This document shows, piece after piece, positions 9,623 to 19,415 of a stretch of 64,000 nt of DNA. The stretch is from an uncultured bacterium (GTDB lineage Bacteria > CAYUVA01). Made by a program: the position numbers and the translations under genes. The stretch's first letter is position 1; every line of letters begins with the position of its first letter. The stretch lies in the NCBI GenBank assembly GCA_964448115.1, contig CAYUVA010000002.1, forward strand, positions 62,001-126,000. Reading direction: 5' to 3'. The notes under the pieces were generated by a model. That model had not been told where the DNA came from. It saw only the letters and a list, made by a program, of their open reading frames with translations, and did no database searches.

Positions 9623-10927
9623 TCAATCCAGCGATCTCAAGACCAGTCCACTGAGCAGCTTGGGATAGAAGTCGGTTGATTTCTGGGGCATCTTCTCACC
9701 CATGCTGGCTATCTGCTGAACCTGCTCGATCCTGGTCGGATTTAGCAGAAAGCATACCTGGTATCTTCCCTCTGCCACTTCATTAAGCGCCTCTTTTGCC
9801 TCCCGATAGAATGCTATGCTTTGGCCCTCTTCTTTGAGATCCCTATCTATTTTTAGTATTCCTTCTATGATAAGCCCATGAAGCAGGGCGACATCGAGGT
9901 TTCGGTACAAATCAGAGACATCGGGCATAAGCTCTTCGAGGGGAGTGCTATCCTTCAGGGTCAAAAGATACAGCTTGTCGCTGCCCATGTACATGGCGAA
10001 AACCTTCTGTTTTTCACCAAGCTGAGCCATCTTCTTAAGCACCAGGTCATAAGGGAGATCCAGCTTTTGAATGTAGAAAAATCGATCCAGATCCCTGATG
10101 AATCGATCCTTGTTGAATCTCTTGATCTTCTTGACAGCGCGGTGGGTAGGAAGGATCACCAGTCCGGGATCATCCATATTGACCAGGGTCATCATCACAT
10201 AATCGAACGGCTCGTCTCCGCTGTAGGAATCGCCGAGTTGTTCCCTTCTTTCCATCGCATAGTTGAGCGCGGTCTCGTAGCGGTGATGACCATCGGCGAT
10301 GAACAGTTCACTTTCTTTCACCACCTCCTGGAACATGCTTATCTTCTGCTCATCGGAGATGACCCATAGTCGGTTCTGTATTCCATCATCGAAGTAGAAA
10401 TCGGACAGCGGAGCCTCTTTGGTGATCTCCTCGATCAGCTTCAACGAGTTGCCCGGTTCATCCTTGAATAGCGAGAATATCTGACCGAAGTTGGCATTGG
10501 TGGCTCTCATCAGCTTTAGCCTGTCCTCCTTTGGCCCGCTTAGGGTTCGTTCATGGGGATGGATGCCCTTGCCTGGCTCCATGAGCTTAACCGCGCAAAT
10601 GATGCCGCGCCTCACCTTCTTGCCGTGCTCCGGCGCGGTGAAGACCTGCTCGTAAAGGTACAAGCTGGGATCCTTGTCCCGGACCAGTATCTCGTTCTCC
10701 ATCCAAGACTGTAGATACTCGGCAGCTCTGGTATATCTATTGTTTTCCTCGTTGTCATCCTTGTTTATCTTTCCGAGTATCAATCGCACAACATTATTCT
10801 GGTGCCTTTGATACAAGGTTTCCTGTAGTGATGGCGTGATCTTGTCATAAGGCGGAGCCACCACCTGGGATATGTCTCCTACTTTATCCGGGTTGTATCT
10901 GATCCCCTGAAAAGGTTTTATCTCCAT
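9623..10927 (-). CDS. DUF1015 family protein
   Basis: MEIKPFQGIRY, APPYD, PHERT, IADGHHRYETA, ILPTHR and MPQKSTDFYPKLLSGL motifs. Confidence 0.92.
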   Translation of the reverse strand: MEIKPFQGIRYNPDKVGDISQVVAPPYDKITPSLQETLYQRHQNNVVRLILGKINKDDNEENNRYTRAAEYLQSWMENEILVRDKDPSLYLYEQVFTAPEHGKKVRRGIICAVKLMEPGKGIHPHERTLSGPKEDRLKLMRATNANFGQIFSLFKDEPGNSLKLIEEITKEAPLSDFYFDDGIQNRLWVISDEQKISMFQEVVKESELFIADGHHRYETALNYAMERREQLGDSYSGDEPFDYVMMTLVNMDDPGLVILPTHRAVKKIKRFNKDRFIRDLDRFFYIQKLDLPYDLVLKKMAQLGEKQKVFAMYMGSDKLYLLTLKDSTPLEELMPDVSDLYRNLDVALLHGLIIEGILKIDRDLKEEGQSIAFYREAKEALNEVAEGRYQVCFLLNPTRIEQVQQIASMGEKMPQKSTDFYPKLLSGLVLRSLD

Positions 10928-11037
10928 AACAAACTCCTTATAGTTATTTATATTATTTTATCCTAATATTTACAGGCTGATCAACATTAGCCCCCATCCC
11001 TCGCCAATGTATGTAACTAAAGCCTAAAGTCCAAAGC

Positions 11038-12171
11038 CTATTTAATCAGCTTTTCCTGTGCTGCCTTGAGGCTGGAGCCTGGGTTAAACTCGTAGCCGAG
11101 ATCCTTTAGCGCCTGCTCCAGCACGCTTAGGGCTATGAGCACATCAAAGGAGACCGCATAGCCGAGGTGTGCGATGCGGAAGATCTTTCCCTTGACATCA
11201 GCCTGTCCGCCGGCGATACCGACTCCATACACATCGCGCATCCGCTTCACCAGCACACCGCTATCTATCGACTGTGGAGACCAGACGGTGGTTACGATAT
11301 CAGCCGGCGCCTCGGAGAATAGCTTCAAGCCGAGTGCCTCCACCCCGGCTCGACAAGCATTTGCCAGGTAACGATGCCGCTCCCAGAGGTTCTCGATCCC
11401 CTCTTCTCTAATCATCCGGGTAGCCACTACCAGCCCCTTCATCAGTGCGACCGAGCCTGTATAAGGATCCTGGTTCTTTGCATGACTTTTTCTGTATTTG
11501 GGCAGATTGAAGTAATACCTAGGCGACCTCGATTGCTCGATGACTTCCCATGCCTTGGGGCTAATCGCCAAAAAGCCCAATCCGGGAGGGAGCATCAAGC
11601 CCTTCTGGCTGCCGCTGACGCAGATATCGACATGCCAGTCATCGTGGCAATACTTTTGTCCACCAAGCCCGCTTATTGCATCAACTACATGCAGCGTGCT
11701 TGTATCCTTGAGTAATTCACCTATCTTATCTATCGGCGATGTGGTTCCAGTGGAGGTCTCCACCAACGTAGTATATACCGCTTTTGCATCAGGCACTTCC
11801 TTCAGTGCACCAGCGATCTGGTCAGCAGTAACCGGAACACCCCACTTTTGTTTGATCACAAGCGGCTCGCCACCGTAGGTCTTGACCAACTGAACCCATC
11901 TCTCGCCGAACTTGCCACCCTCGACAACTATCGCCTTGTCTCCTTGGCTGATCACATTGGAGACGGCGGCTTCCATGGCGCCGGTGCCGGTAGAGGACAT
12001 GATCACCACATCCCCACTGGTCTGAAACACATATTTCAACCCTTGAATAGCCTCTGCGATCAGTTTTTCATACTGCGGTGTACGGTGGTGCAATACTGGT
12101 TCACCGATTGCAGCTAGAACTTCCGGCGGTACCTGTGTTGGTCCCGGGGTCAATAGTATGGATTTTTTCAT
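11038..12171 (-). CDS. Class V PLP aminotransferase (alanine-glyoxylate/serine-pyruvate/phosphoserine aminotransferase-like)
   Basis: LLTPGPT, GTGAMEAA, ETSTG, VDAISGLG, SGSQKGLMLPPGL (PLP lysine), FRIAHLG. Confidence 0.92.
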   Translation of the reverse strand: MKKSILLTPGPTQVPPEVLAAIGEPVLHHRTPQYEKLIAEAIQGLKYVFQTSGDVVIMSSTGTGAMEAAVSNVISQGDKAIVVEGGKFGERWVQLVKTYGGEPLVIKQKWGVPVTADQIAGALKEVPDAKAVYTTLVETSTGTTSPIDKIGELLKDTSTLHVVDAISGLGGQKYCHDDWHVDICVSGSQKGLMLPPGLGFLAISPKAWEVIEQSRSPRYYFNLPKYRKSHAKNQDPYTGSVALMKGLVVATRMIREEGIENLWERHRYLANACRAGVEALGLKLFSEAPADIVTTVWSPQSIDSGVLVKRMRDVYGVGIAGGQADVKGKIFRIAHLGYAVSFDVLIALSVLEQALKDLGYEFNPGSSLKAAQEKLIK

Positions 12172-12243
12172 GCTTGCAACCTCCTTAACCTTTCTTTCTA
12201 GTTAGCTAATTATTTAAACGAAAGCTTATGTCATTTATATATT

Positions 12244-13608
12244 TTAATCACTGGGATTGAACAACTCTTTGGGGAATTCATATCCCTCCTCGATCACCTT
12301 CTCGACGAACTTGGGGATGTAGCCGGTGGTCTCAAAGTAGCCCTCGACCATGCCGGTCTTCCTGTTCATTCCGGTCTTTTTGTATCTATATATATCCTGC
12401 ATGGTATATTGATCGTTCTTGTATGATGTCAGCTCTGCGATTTGGGTAACTTTCCTTGAGCCATCCACGAACCTGGTCAGATGCACGATCACATTGATCG
12501 CCGAGGCTATCTGCCGCCTCACCGTGGATACCGGGAATGTGCTGTTACCCATCAAAGCCATGGTCTCTAAACGTGTAAGCAAGTCCATCGGCGAGTTGGC
12601 ATGTGCGGTGGTAAGAGAGCCATCGTGCCCGGTGTTCATCGCTTGCAGCATATCGAGCGTCTCTCCCATTCGACATTCTCCGACTATGATGCGATCCGGC
12701 CTCATGCGAAGCGAGTTTCTAAACAGCTCCCTGATCGATATCTCCCCCTTGCCCTCTATGTTAGCCGGTCTCGATTCCAGCCTGATCACATGTTCCTGGC
12801 GCATCTGTAGTTCTGCCGAGTCCTCTATGGTTATTATGCGCTCATCGTTTGGGATGAAGGAACTTAGGATATTTAGCAGTGTGGTCTTGCCAGAGGATGT
12901 CTTCCCAGAGGTAACTATATTCTGGCGGGTAAGGACGCAGTGGCGCAGAAACTCGACCATCTTGGGACTTACGGAGCCGAGCCTGATAAGATCATCCATA
13001 TCAAGAACGGTAGGCAGGAACTTGCGGATGGTTATTATAGGTCCGGTGAGCGATATTGGGGGGATGATTATATGCACCCTGGATCCATCGGGGAGCCGCG
13101 CATCGACCAGCGGGGAGCTTTCATCGATGCGCCGACCTATGGGGCTGATGATGCGCTCTATGATAGCCATTATGGAGTTGTTGGAGATGAACATCTTGTC
13201 AGTGCGGCAAAGAACGCCGTTTTTCTCGATATAGATCTCGTCTCGGCTGTTGACCATTATCTCAGAGACCTCTGGATCATCGATGAACTCCTCCAGGGGA
13301 CCCAAGCCGAGGGTTTCGTTGTAAACATCGGTAACCAGCGACTCCTTATCGACCCAGCTTGGAATATCGGGTGAAAGCTCGCGCAGAATCTGGAAAAGGG
13401 TGCTTTTAACCCTCGCCATAAGCAGCTTATCTTTGGTCTTTCTTATGACTGTCTTTTTCAGGTCAAGGTATTCGAGGAGGCGATCGTGCATCTCCTTTTT
13501 TATACGCAATAAAAGAAGGATCTGTCTTTTACTCAAGGGCATGGATTCTCTTGTCAAAGGCTGACTGGATTGCGGTTCCATGCTTTTATTATCCTTCATT
13601 GGTTTCAT
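12244..13608 (-). CDS. cpaF: CpaF/TadA family pilus assembly ATPase
   Basis: GLGPLEEF, EIMVN, RIDESSPLVDARLPDGSRV, Walker A GKTSSGKTT, IEDSAEL, LRMRPDRIIVGE, MNTGHDGS. Confidence 0.9.
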   Translation of the reverse strand: MKPMKDNKSMEPQSSQPLTRESMPLSKRQILLLLRIKKEMHDRLLEYLDLKKTVIRKTKDKLLMARVKSTLFQILRELSPDIPSWVDKESLVTDVYNETLGLGPLEEFIDDPEVSEIMVNSRDEIYIEKNGVLCRTDKMFISNNSIMAIIERIISPIGRRIDESSPLVDARLPDGSRVHIIIPPISLTGPIITIRKFLPTVLDMDDLIRLGSVSPKMVEFLRHCVLTRQNIVTSGKTSSGKTTLLNILSSFIPNDERIITIEDSAELQMRQEHVIRLESRPANIEGKGEISIRELFRNSLRMRPDRIIVGECRMGETLDMLQAMNTGHDGSLTTAHANSPMDLLTRLETMALMGNSTFPVSTVRRQIASAINVIVHLTRFVDGSRKVTQIAELTSYKNDQYTMQDIYRYKKTGMNRKTGMVEGYFETTGYIPKFVEKVIEEGYEFPKELFNPSD

Positions 13609-13653
13609 ATCTCGTTGATGTAAAAAGATTCACTACCGCCGAAGACATATAAA

Positions 13654-13682
13654 AACTTAGCTTTTAGATGAATCTTTGTCAA
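13654..13682 (-). promoter_or_regulatory. Putative sigma-70 promoter for cpaF
   Basis: Minus strand TTGACA-N17-TAAGTT, ~45 nt upstream of the ORF start. Confidence 0.55.
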
Positions 13683-13822
13683 GGTGAGTTAAACATACGA
13701 CAGCCGAGTGGATAGATTATGGCAACGATCTAGAGATTTAATATCAATACCAGAGCTCCCGTAAGACTACAGCCTGAATAATTTTAGATAGGCGATCCCT
13801 AGACATTTTTTGCCAATCTGAA

Positions 13823-14213
13823 ACAGGTACATTTACCTAAGGGGGCACCATACTCCGAGCCGTGCAGAGATGGTGATGAATATCAATTTACTCATACTCT
13901 CACACGAAATATGGCGGTTATGGAGACGGAAGTAACCCGCCAGATGTGGACGGACTTAAAAGCTGTACAATCAACATTGCCAAACCATCCGACAGATACA
14001 GGCTCAGGCTCAGGCATGAACAATCCGGTTGAAAACCTTACATGGTACAAGGCAATCCTTTTATGCAGTCTTCTTTCGGTTCAGAACGCCTACACCAGAT
14101 GCTATTACACAGATGCCCGCTTTACGAATCCGATAACCTCATCGAATTATCAGACTTATATGGTGTTTAGGCTTGAGCAATATTATGAAGATGGTTCACA
14201 AATGCACAACTAA
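13823..14213 (+). pseudogene. Decayed FGE-sulfatase (SUMF1/C-type lectin fold) domain gene fragment
   Basis: TGTFT*G then a +1 frameshift in the G5 run at 13841-13845 into APYSEPCRDGDEYQFTHTLTRNMAVMETEVTRQMW...NPVENLTWYKA; RLPTEAEWE and the C-terminal half are absent. Confidence 0.75.
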
Positions 14214-14348
14214 TTTGTCGTACACCCATCCACCAAAGGTAGCTGAAAAAATAAGCACCCAATCAGATGATCGATTATCATTTTGTGCTATGCTTGAGCT
14301 CTATGAATGAAATTACTGAACAATGATAAACGATCTATGGAGGCTAAA

Positions 14349-15614
14349 ATGGAAAACGAACTACCGATCATCTATCGTGCCAAGCAAGAGAATGACCTTA
14401 TCCTGGAGATGGCTGATATAAATGTTTGTCCTGAGGGTATCAAAGCGATGCGGCAGAAAGGGATATCTTATGTGGTCAGGCTGCGGGGTCTATCCTTCAA
14501 GGCAGCAAATGTGCTCAAACAAGAGATGCTGGCGCTTGATGCAGAGGCTGCCGTATCCAGGTGGGTTATAGGCGCTGCCTGTGAGAGATCGGATGTATTG
14601 CTCATGGCAACGAAAAAACAGCTACTTAGATTGATCCAAAGATTGCCATACCAGCCATTCGGACTATCCAATCTCGCTAGCATCATAGAACAGGCTTTGC
14701 AGAACTTTGATAAGCACGATTTCACCATAAAATGTACCCATGGCAACCTTCAACTGGCAGAGAGAACCCATATCATGGGTATCTTGAACATCACACCTGA
14801 TTCCTTCTCTGATGGAGGTAAATTCTATAATCACAATGAGGCGGTTATACAGGCTGAGAAAATGATCGCCGAGGGGGCAGATATTATTGACATCGGAGGT
14901 GAATCGACTCGTCCCGGCGCAGAACCTGTCGGTATCGAAGAAGAGATGCGCCGAGTGATACCAGTCATTGAGCGGATCAGGGAAAAACATGGCTGCATTA
15001 TCTCCATAGACACCCAGAATGCAAAAACAGCCGAGGCAGCCATAGAAGCCGGGGCTGATATCGTAAACGATGTCTCCGCTTTGCGCAAAGATCCCCTTAT
15101 GGCAACAATAGTTGCAAAGCATGGCGTCCCAGTTGTCTTGATGCATATACTCGGCACTCCTAAAGATATGCAGGAAAATATTCATTATGAGATGCTCCTG
15201 GAGGATATCTTCGACTTTCTGCACGATCGAGCACACCACGCTATCTCGGCAGGTATCGATCCAAGCAATATAATCATCGATCCTGGCATCGGCTTTGGCA
15301 AGACTGTAGAGCACAACCTCCAGATAATCCGCAACCTGGACTGGTTCAAAAGCCTCGGCTACCCGATACTGCTCGGTGTCTCACGAAAATCATTCATCGG
15401 AAGGCTTACCGGCGCCGAGGTAAATGACAGACTTTATGGTACCATTGCTGCCTCTGTACTAGGTATCGCCAACGGAGCCAATATCATGCGAGTACATGAT
15501 GTGGCAGCAGCTAGGCAGGCTGTTACTATCACAGATGCAGTGCTGCAAAGCGGGATACCCCGCAAGACCTATTCAAGCGATGAATTCTTCCCAAGGGGCA
15601 AAGAGAAATATTGA
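14349..15614 (+). CDS. folP: Dihydropteroate synthase with N-terminal extension
   Basis: IMGILNITPDSFSDGG, DIGGESTRPGA, DPGIGFGK, SRKSFIG, RVHDV; ATG 14349 follows GGAGG (the ORF track start is 14307). Confidence 0.95.
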   Translation: MENELPIIYRAKQENDLILEMADINVCPEGIKAMRQKGISYVVRLRGLSFKAANVLKQEMLALDAEAAVSRWVIGAACERSDVLLMATKKQLLRLIQRLPYQPFGLSNLASIIEQALQNFDKHDFTIKCTHGNLQLAERTHIMGILNITPDSFSDGGKFYNHNEAVIQAEKMIAEGADIIDIGGESTRPGAEPVGIEEEMRRVIPVIERIREKHGCIISIDTQNAKTAEAAIEAGADIVNDVSALRKDPLMATIVAKHGVPVVLMHILGTPKDMQENIHYEMLLEDIFDFLHDRAHHAISAGIDPSNIIIDPGIGFGKTVEHNLQIIRNLDWFKSLGYPILLGVSRKSFIGRLTGAEVNDRLYGTIAASVLGIANGANIMRVHDVAAARQAVTITDAVLQSGIPRKTYSSDEFFPRGKEKY

Positions 15615-15625
15615 TCCCAAGAGCG

Positions 15626-17008
15626 CTATTCGGAACTCTCCGACAAAGCGACAAGTGCATTTAAAATAAGTTGCTCATCTCCAGGAAGCAAGGTTCTTAC
15701 ATCGAGCATGAACTTATCATCGCTGATAAAACCGACAATGGGATACTGAAAAGTGCGCAGGGAGCGACTTAACTCGGTTGCGGTCATCTTTTTATGGATG
15801 ATTACCAGGCGATACGAGTCAAGCTCCAGCGGAGATGATCCCCCACCTATAGCTGATTTTCCAGGTTCTATATGTATATCGTATTGATCCTTGAGCGGTT
15901 CTAGAACCTTAAGTAGCCGATCCCCCTTTTTCATAAGCTCGTCTAAGGAGGCTCTTATCATGGATATAACAGGGATGTCCGAGTCTTTGGATGTTAGGTA
16001 AGCGAGTATCAACTCCTGGAGAGCGAAATATGTGTATTTATCGACCCTTAGTGCTCTATACAATTGGTTGCGTTTCATCATCGAGATTTGTTCTTTTCCC
16101 CCGCTAATGATTCCTGCCTGACAGCCACCTAATAGCTTATCACCGCTGAAGGTTACGATATCCGCTCCCTGCTTGTGAGCTAAAGCCGGCGTCATCTCTC
16201 GTTGATCCACTTTGGTTATGGTCTCGGCGAGTCTTCCACTGCCTAAATCGTAGATAAGCATGAGCTTGAGGGATTTTGCTAGTTGGCTAAGTTGATCAAG
16301 GCTTACCTGTTCGGTGAATCCTTGTATATTAAAATTGCTCTGGTGCACCTTCAGTATAGCTGCTGTCTCTGATGTTATGGCATTCTCGTAATCCGAAAGC
16401 CTGGTTTTGTTAGTAGTCCCAACCTCAATCATCTTGGCACCACTTTTTTTAAGCACCTCCGGGATGCGAAAGCTGTCGCCTATCTCAACAAGCTCGCCGC
16501 GAGAGATGATGATTTCCCTGCCGTTTGCCAGTGTATCGAGCGCTAACAGCACCGCTGCGGCGTTGTTATTGACCACAAGTGCGTCTTCGGATGCGCAAAT
16601 CTCGGATAACAGCTCATGAATGATGCCCCCCCTAGTTCCTCTTTCGCCGCTATCCAGGTCATATTCCAGATTAATATAGCCTGCCAGTATTTCGACCAGC
16701 CTCTCGGCGATTCGCTGTGCTAAAGGCGCCCTGCCCAGGTTGGTGTGGATAATTACCCCGCTTCCATTCACTACCCGTTTTAGCAAAGATCGTTCTTTAG
16801 CTTCCAGCCTATCAATGACTCTTGAACGCACTAGTTCAATTGCCCCTTGTCGATCAAGGTCTCCATGAATCCCATTTGACACCTGTTCCCGGTACTTTTG
16901 AATGACCTCTCTGATCAGCCTCACCACCATTGAATGGGGCAGGCTGTATCGATCAGGCAGGCTGCTTAAAATCGCATCAACCGACGGTATGTAAGCTGAA
17001 GGCTTCAT
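15626..17008 (-). CDS. selA: L-seryl-tRNA(Sec) selenium transferase
   Basis: NGSGVIIHTNLGRAPL, NLEYDL, VNNNAAA, SRGELVEIG, EVGTTN, VHQSNF, FSGDKLLGG, RALRVDK. Confidence 0.95.
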   Translation of the reverse strand: MKPSAYIPSVDAILSSLPDRYSLPHSMVVRLIREVIQKYREQVSNGIHGDLDRQGAIELVRSRVIDRLEAKERSLLKRVVNGSGVIIHTNLGRAPLAQRIAERLVEILAGYINLEYDLDSGERGTRGGIIHELLSEICASEDALVVNNNAAAVLLALDTLANGREIIISRGELVEIGDSFRIPEVLKKSGAKMIEVGTTNKTRLSDYENAITSETAAILKVHQSNFNIQGFTEQVSLDQLSQLAKSLKLMLIYDLGSGRLAETITKVDQREMTPALAHKQGADIVTFSGDKLLGGCQAGIISGGKEQISMMKRNQLYRALRVDKYTYFALQELILAYLTSKDSDIPVISMIRASLDELMKKGDRLLKVLEPLKDQYDIHIEPGKSAIGGGSSPLELDSYRLVIIHKKMTATELSRSLRTFQYPIVGFISDDKFMLDVRTLLPGDEQLILNALVALSESSE

Positions 17009-17018
17009 TTACATATAA

Positions 17019-17465
17019 TTATTGCTCCTCAAGCTGGATGTTTATCGGATCCATTACTTTAATCGTTCCACCCTTGATGACCCTGGCGAAGATCCCCTCC
17101 TTAGGCATTACGCAGTTGCCGACCTGGTAGAATATGGGGCATGGCTGGCTGCATTCCTTGCCTTTTTGTGTAACCTCAAGCACTGCATCTTCACCTATCT
17201 TCAGCCTTGCTCCAATCATTAAGCTAAGCAAGTCTATGCCCTGGGTTGTAATATTCTCGCCTAGGTCGCCAGGCTTAACATCAGCACCGCTTTTCAGCAT
17301 CTTCTGGATGCTTTCCCACGCCAGGAGGCTTACCTGCCTTATCCCCCCTTCAGCGTGAGCATCACCTTGAACTCCCTGATCGGCGACCAGATGCGCGGAT
17401 TTTTTATTCCCCTTTTTGGTATGCTTTTTCGTGCTAATAGAGATCGCTTTAATAATTGGTTTCAC
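17019..17465 (-). CDS. MOSC domain-containing protein
   Basis: GDAHA, RQVSLL, GENITTQG, LEVTQKGKEC..PC.I....GNCVMPKEGIF. Confidence 0.92.
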   Translation of the reverse strand: MKPIIKAISISTKKHTKKGNKKSAHLVADQGVQGDAHAEGGIRQVSLLAWESIQKMLKSGADVKPGDLGENITTQGIDLLSLMIGARLKIGEDAVLEVTQKGKECSQPCPIFYQVGNCVMPKEGIFARVIKGGTIKVMDPINIQLEEQ

Positions 17466-19107
17466 TTACTGACTCCATCTTATTAGGATCGCTTAGATTT
17501 ATTATCTTGTATGGATTTCTCCGGGGAATATTGATAGTCTTTTCCATCATAAGTTTACCTTGCTTAAAGACTTGTATCTTATGCTCCCCTGCTCGTAGCC
17601 TTTGCAGTTTTATCATTCCCTTGGGATTGCTGTTGCCAATAAGTAGTCCATCAACATAGATAGTAGCATCTTTAATCCCTGTAATAATCATAAAATCGGT
17701 AAAAACAGGCTTGTACCAATCCATGATGTAATCGCCATAGAAATTTATCAAGACAGCGGTTAACAATAGAATAAATAAAGACAAGATCAGGGCAAACTTC
17801 AAGCCATAGGATCTGTCTTTATTGCTCAATAGCTCAAGGCTGCCCCTTGGTGGTCGATATTTTCTTTTGTCCTCCTCGGTTATATCCACCAGCTCGATCA
17901 ATCCCGAATTATTCATGGAGCTTGGTTTTTGCATACCAGCTTCTGTTTTTAGCTTTTCTTTGGTTGCCTTTTCAATAATAGGCTCAAGGGCACTGGAATC
18001 ATATATTTGCTTTATTGGAGTAACCTCATTAGCAACTACATTATCTTTGGCTTTTCCTTGTTCCTCCTTCATCAATTCAGATAACGCATCATCTATCATA
18101 AGCTCCTGTAGCGCTTTGCGTTTAGGGATTCTCAGCTCCAGTTTTCCTCCGAATATATCGTTATCCAGCACGCTTTTCATCAACATGGATAAATAGAGGG
18201 AATCGCTTCCTAGATTATAGTCCTTGGAGACCTTATAAAGGTCATTGTAAAGTTGCTTAACCGTCTGGTATCTCTTGTTGGGGTCTCTATCGAGCGCCTT
18301 AAGGACAGCCTCTTCGAGCAACTCAGGTATGTTTTCATCATAGGTTCTCAGCGGTTCGATCTTTCCAGCCCTGACTGCCTCCAAGGTTGCTACATCTGAT
18401 TTTCGCCAGAATAGCCGCCTTCCGGTCAGAAGCTCGTAGAGTATTATTCCGAGTGAGTATATATCGCTTCTATGGTCAATCTCTTTACCCCAGGCTTGTT
18501 CTGGAGACATGTAGGCAAGTTTACCCTTGAGGTATCCAGCCTGGGTCGGCTTTTTCCCCATGAATGCTTTTGCAATCCCGAAATCAGCCAGTTTTATCTC
18601 TCCCTCCCTGGACAAGAGGATGTTCTGTGGGGAGACATCGCGATGCACCACCCCTTCCTTCATCTCGCCTGATAAACGGAACTCATGGGCATAAGATAGC
18701 GCATTGCAAACCTCTGTAGCGATGAAAAGAACCATGCCAAATGGGAGCAGCAAGCCATGCTTTAGGATTCGAGCTTGCAGTGAGGCGAGATCGAGTCCAT
18801 CTACATACTCCATGGCAATAAAATAACTGCCCTCTATATTGCCAAAGTCGATGACCTGGGTGATATTATGGTGATTCAAGCGCGAGGAGAGCCTTGCTTC
18901 CTCCTTGAACATTTCCAGGAATTCCTCATCCTCGAGCAGGTGATCATGGATTCGTTTAATGACCACCTGTTTGCTGAAGCCTAGGTCTCCCTGATATTCG
19001 GCAAGGTATATCTCTGCCATACCCCCAATGGCAATCCGCCTGAGCAACCTATATTTACCAAATACCTGGACGCCCAGATCACCAGCCCCCTTACCCATGA
19101 AACTCAC
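17449..19107 (-). CDS. Membrane-anchored Hanks-type Ser/Thr protein kinase with C-terminal PEGA-like domain
   Basis: GGMAEIYLA, VVIK, HRDVSPQN, DFGIAK, GKLAYMSPEQ; TM segment FALILSLFILLLTAVLI; ATIYVDG...GEHKIQVFKQG. Confidence 0.92.
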   Translation of the reverse strand: MSFMGKGAGDLGVQVFGKYRLLRRIAIGGMAEIYLAEYQGDLGFSKQVVIKRIHDHLLEDEEFLEMFKEEARLSSRLNHHNITQVIDFGNIEGSYFIAMEYVDGLDLASLQARILKHGLLLPFGMVLFIATEVCNALSYAHEFRLSGEMKEGVVHRDVSPQNILLSREGEIKLADFGIAKAFMGKKPTQAGYLKGKLAYMSPEQAWGKEIDHRSDIYSLGIILYELLTGRRLFWRKSDVATLEAVRAGKIEPLRTYDENIPELLEEAVLKALDRDPNKRYQTVKQLYNDLYKVSKDYNLGSDSLYLSMLMKSVLDNDIFGGKLELRIPKRKALQELMIDDALSELMKEEQGKAKDNVVANEVTPIKQIYDSSALEPIIEKATKEKLKTEAGMQKPSSMNNSGLIELVDITEEDKRKYRPPRGSLELLSNKDRSYGLKFALILSLFILLLTAVLINFYGDYIMDWYKPVFTDFMIITGIKDATIYVDGLLIGNSNPKGMIKLQRLRAGEHKIQVFKQGKLMMEKTINIPRRNPYKIINLSDPNKMESVSETNY

Positions 19108-19415
19108 CTGAAATGACTTGAAGGTTACAAATTATCAGCAGCATAGAAAATGACACCCCTTAATCAATCTTACATCACTGCTTATCATAGTACTAAAATG
19201 CAGCATTTTCAAAATACCTGTCGCCAGGCGCAAAGTTAACTTGCCAAAGCAAAGATATCGGAGTCTATGTAGAGATGGCTACTATAGAGATCATCAAGCA
19301 GTGCTATGCTATCAATTCATCAGGAAGTTAATTCTGTTTCGTTGCCTGGAACCTATTGAATTAGGTCTAATGTTCTATTTCTTCGTGCAAGCTATCTTGT
19401 CGCCGCGTGAATATC

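Noticed and set aside
13624-13677. Inverted repeat AAAGATTCA...TGAATCTTT
   Set aside because: AT-rich 9-bp arms with a 36-nt spacer overlapping the cpaF promoter; not distinguishable from chance
13823-14213. Diversity-generating retroelement
   Set aside because: An FGE-type fragment is present, but there is no reverse transcriptase and no TR/VR pair, and the C-terminal variable region is missing
15626-17465. Selenoprotein (UGA read-through) or tRNA-Sec near selA
   Set aside because: Neighbouring ORFs look complete with ordinary Cys motifs; I saw no in-frame UGA extension or tRNA cloverleaf by eye (tRNAscan-SE would be decisive)
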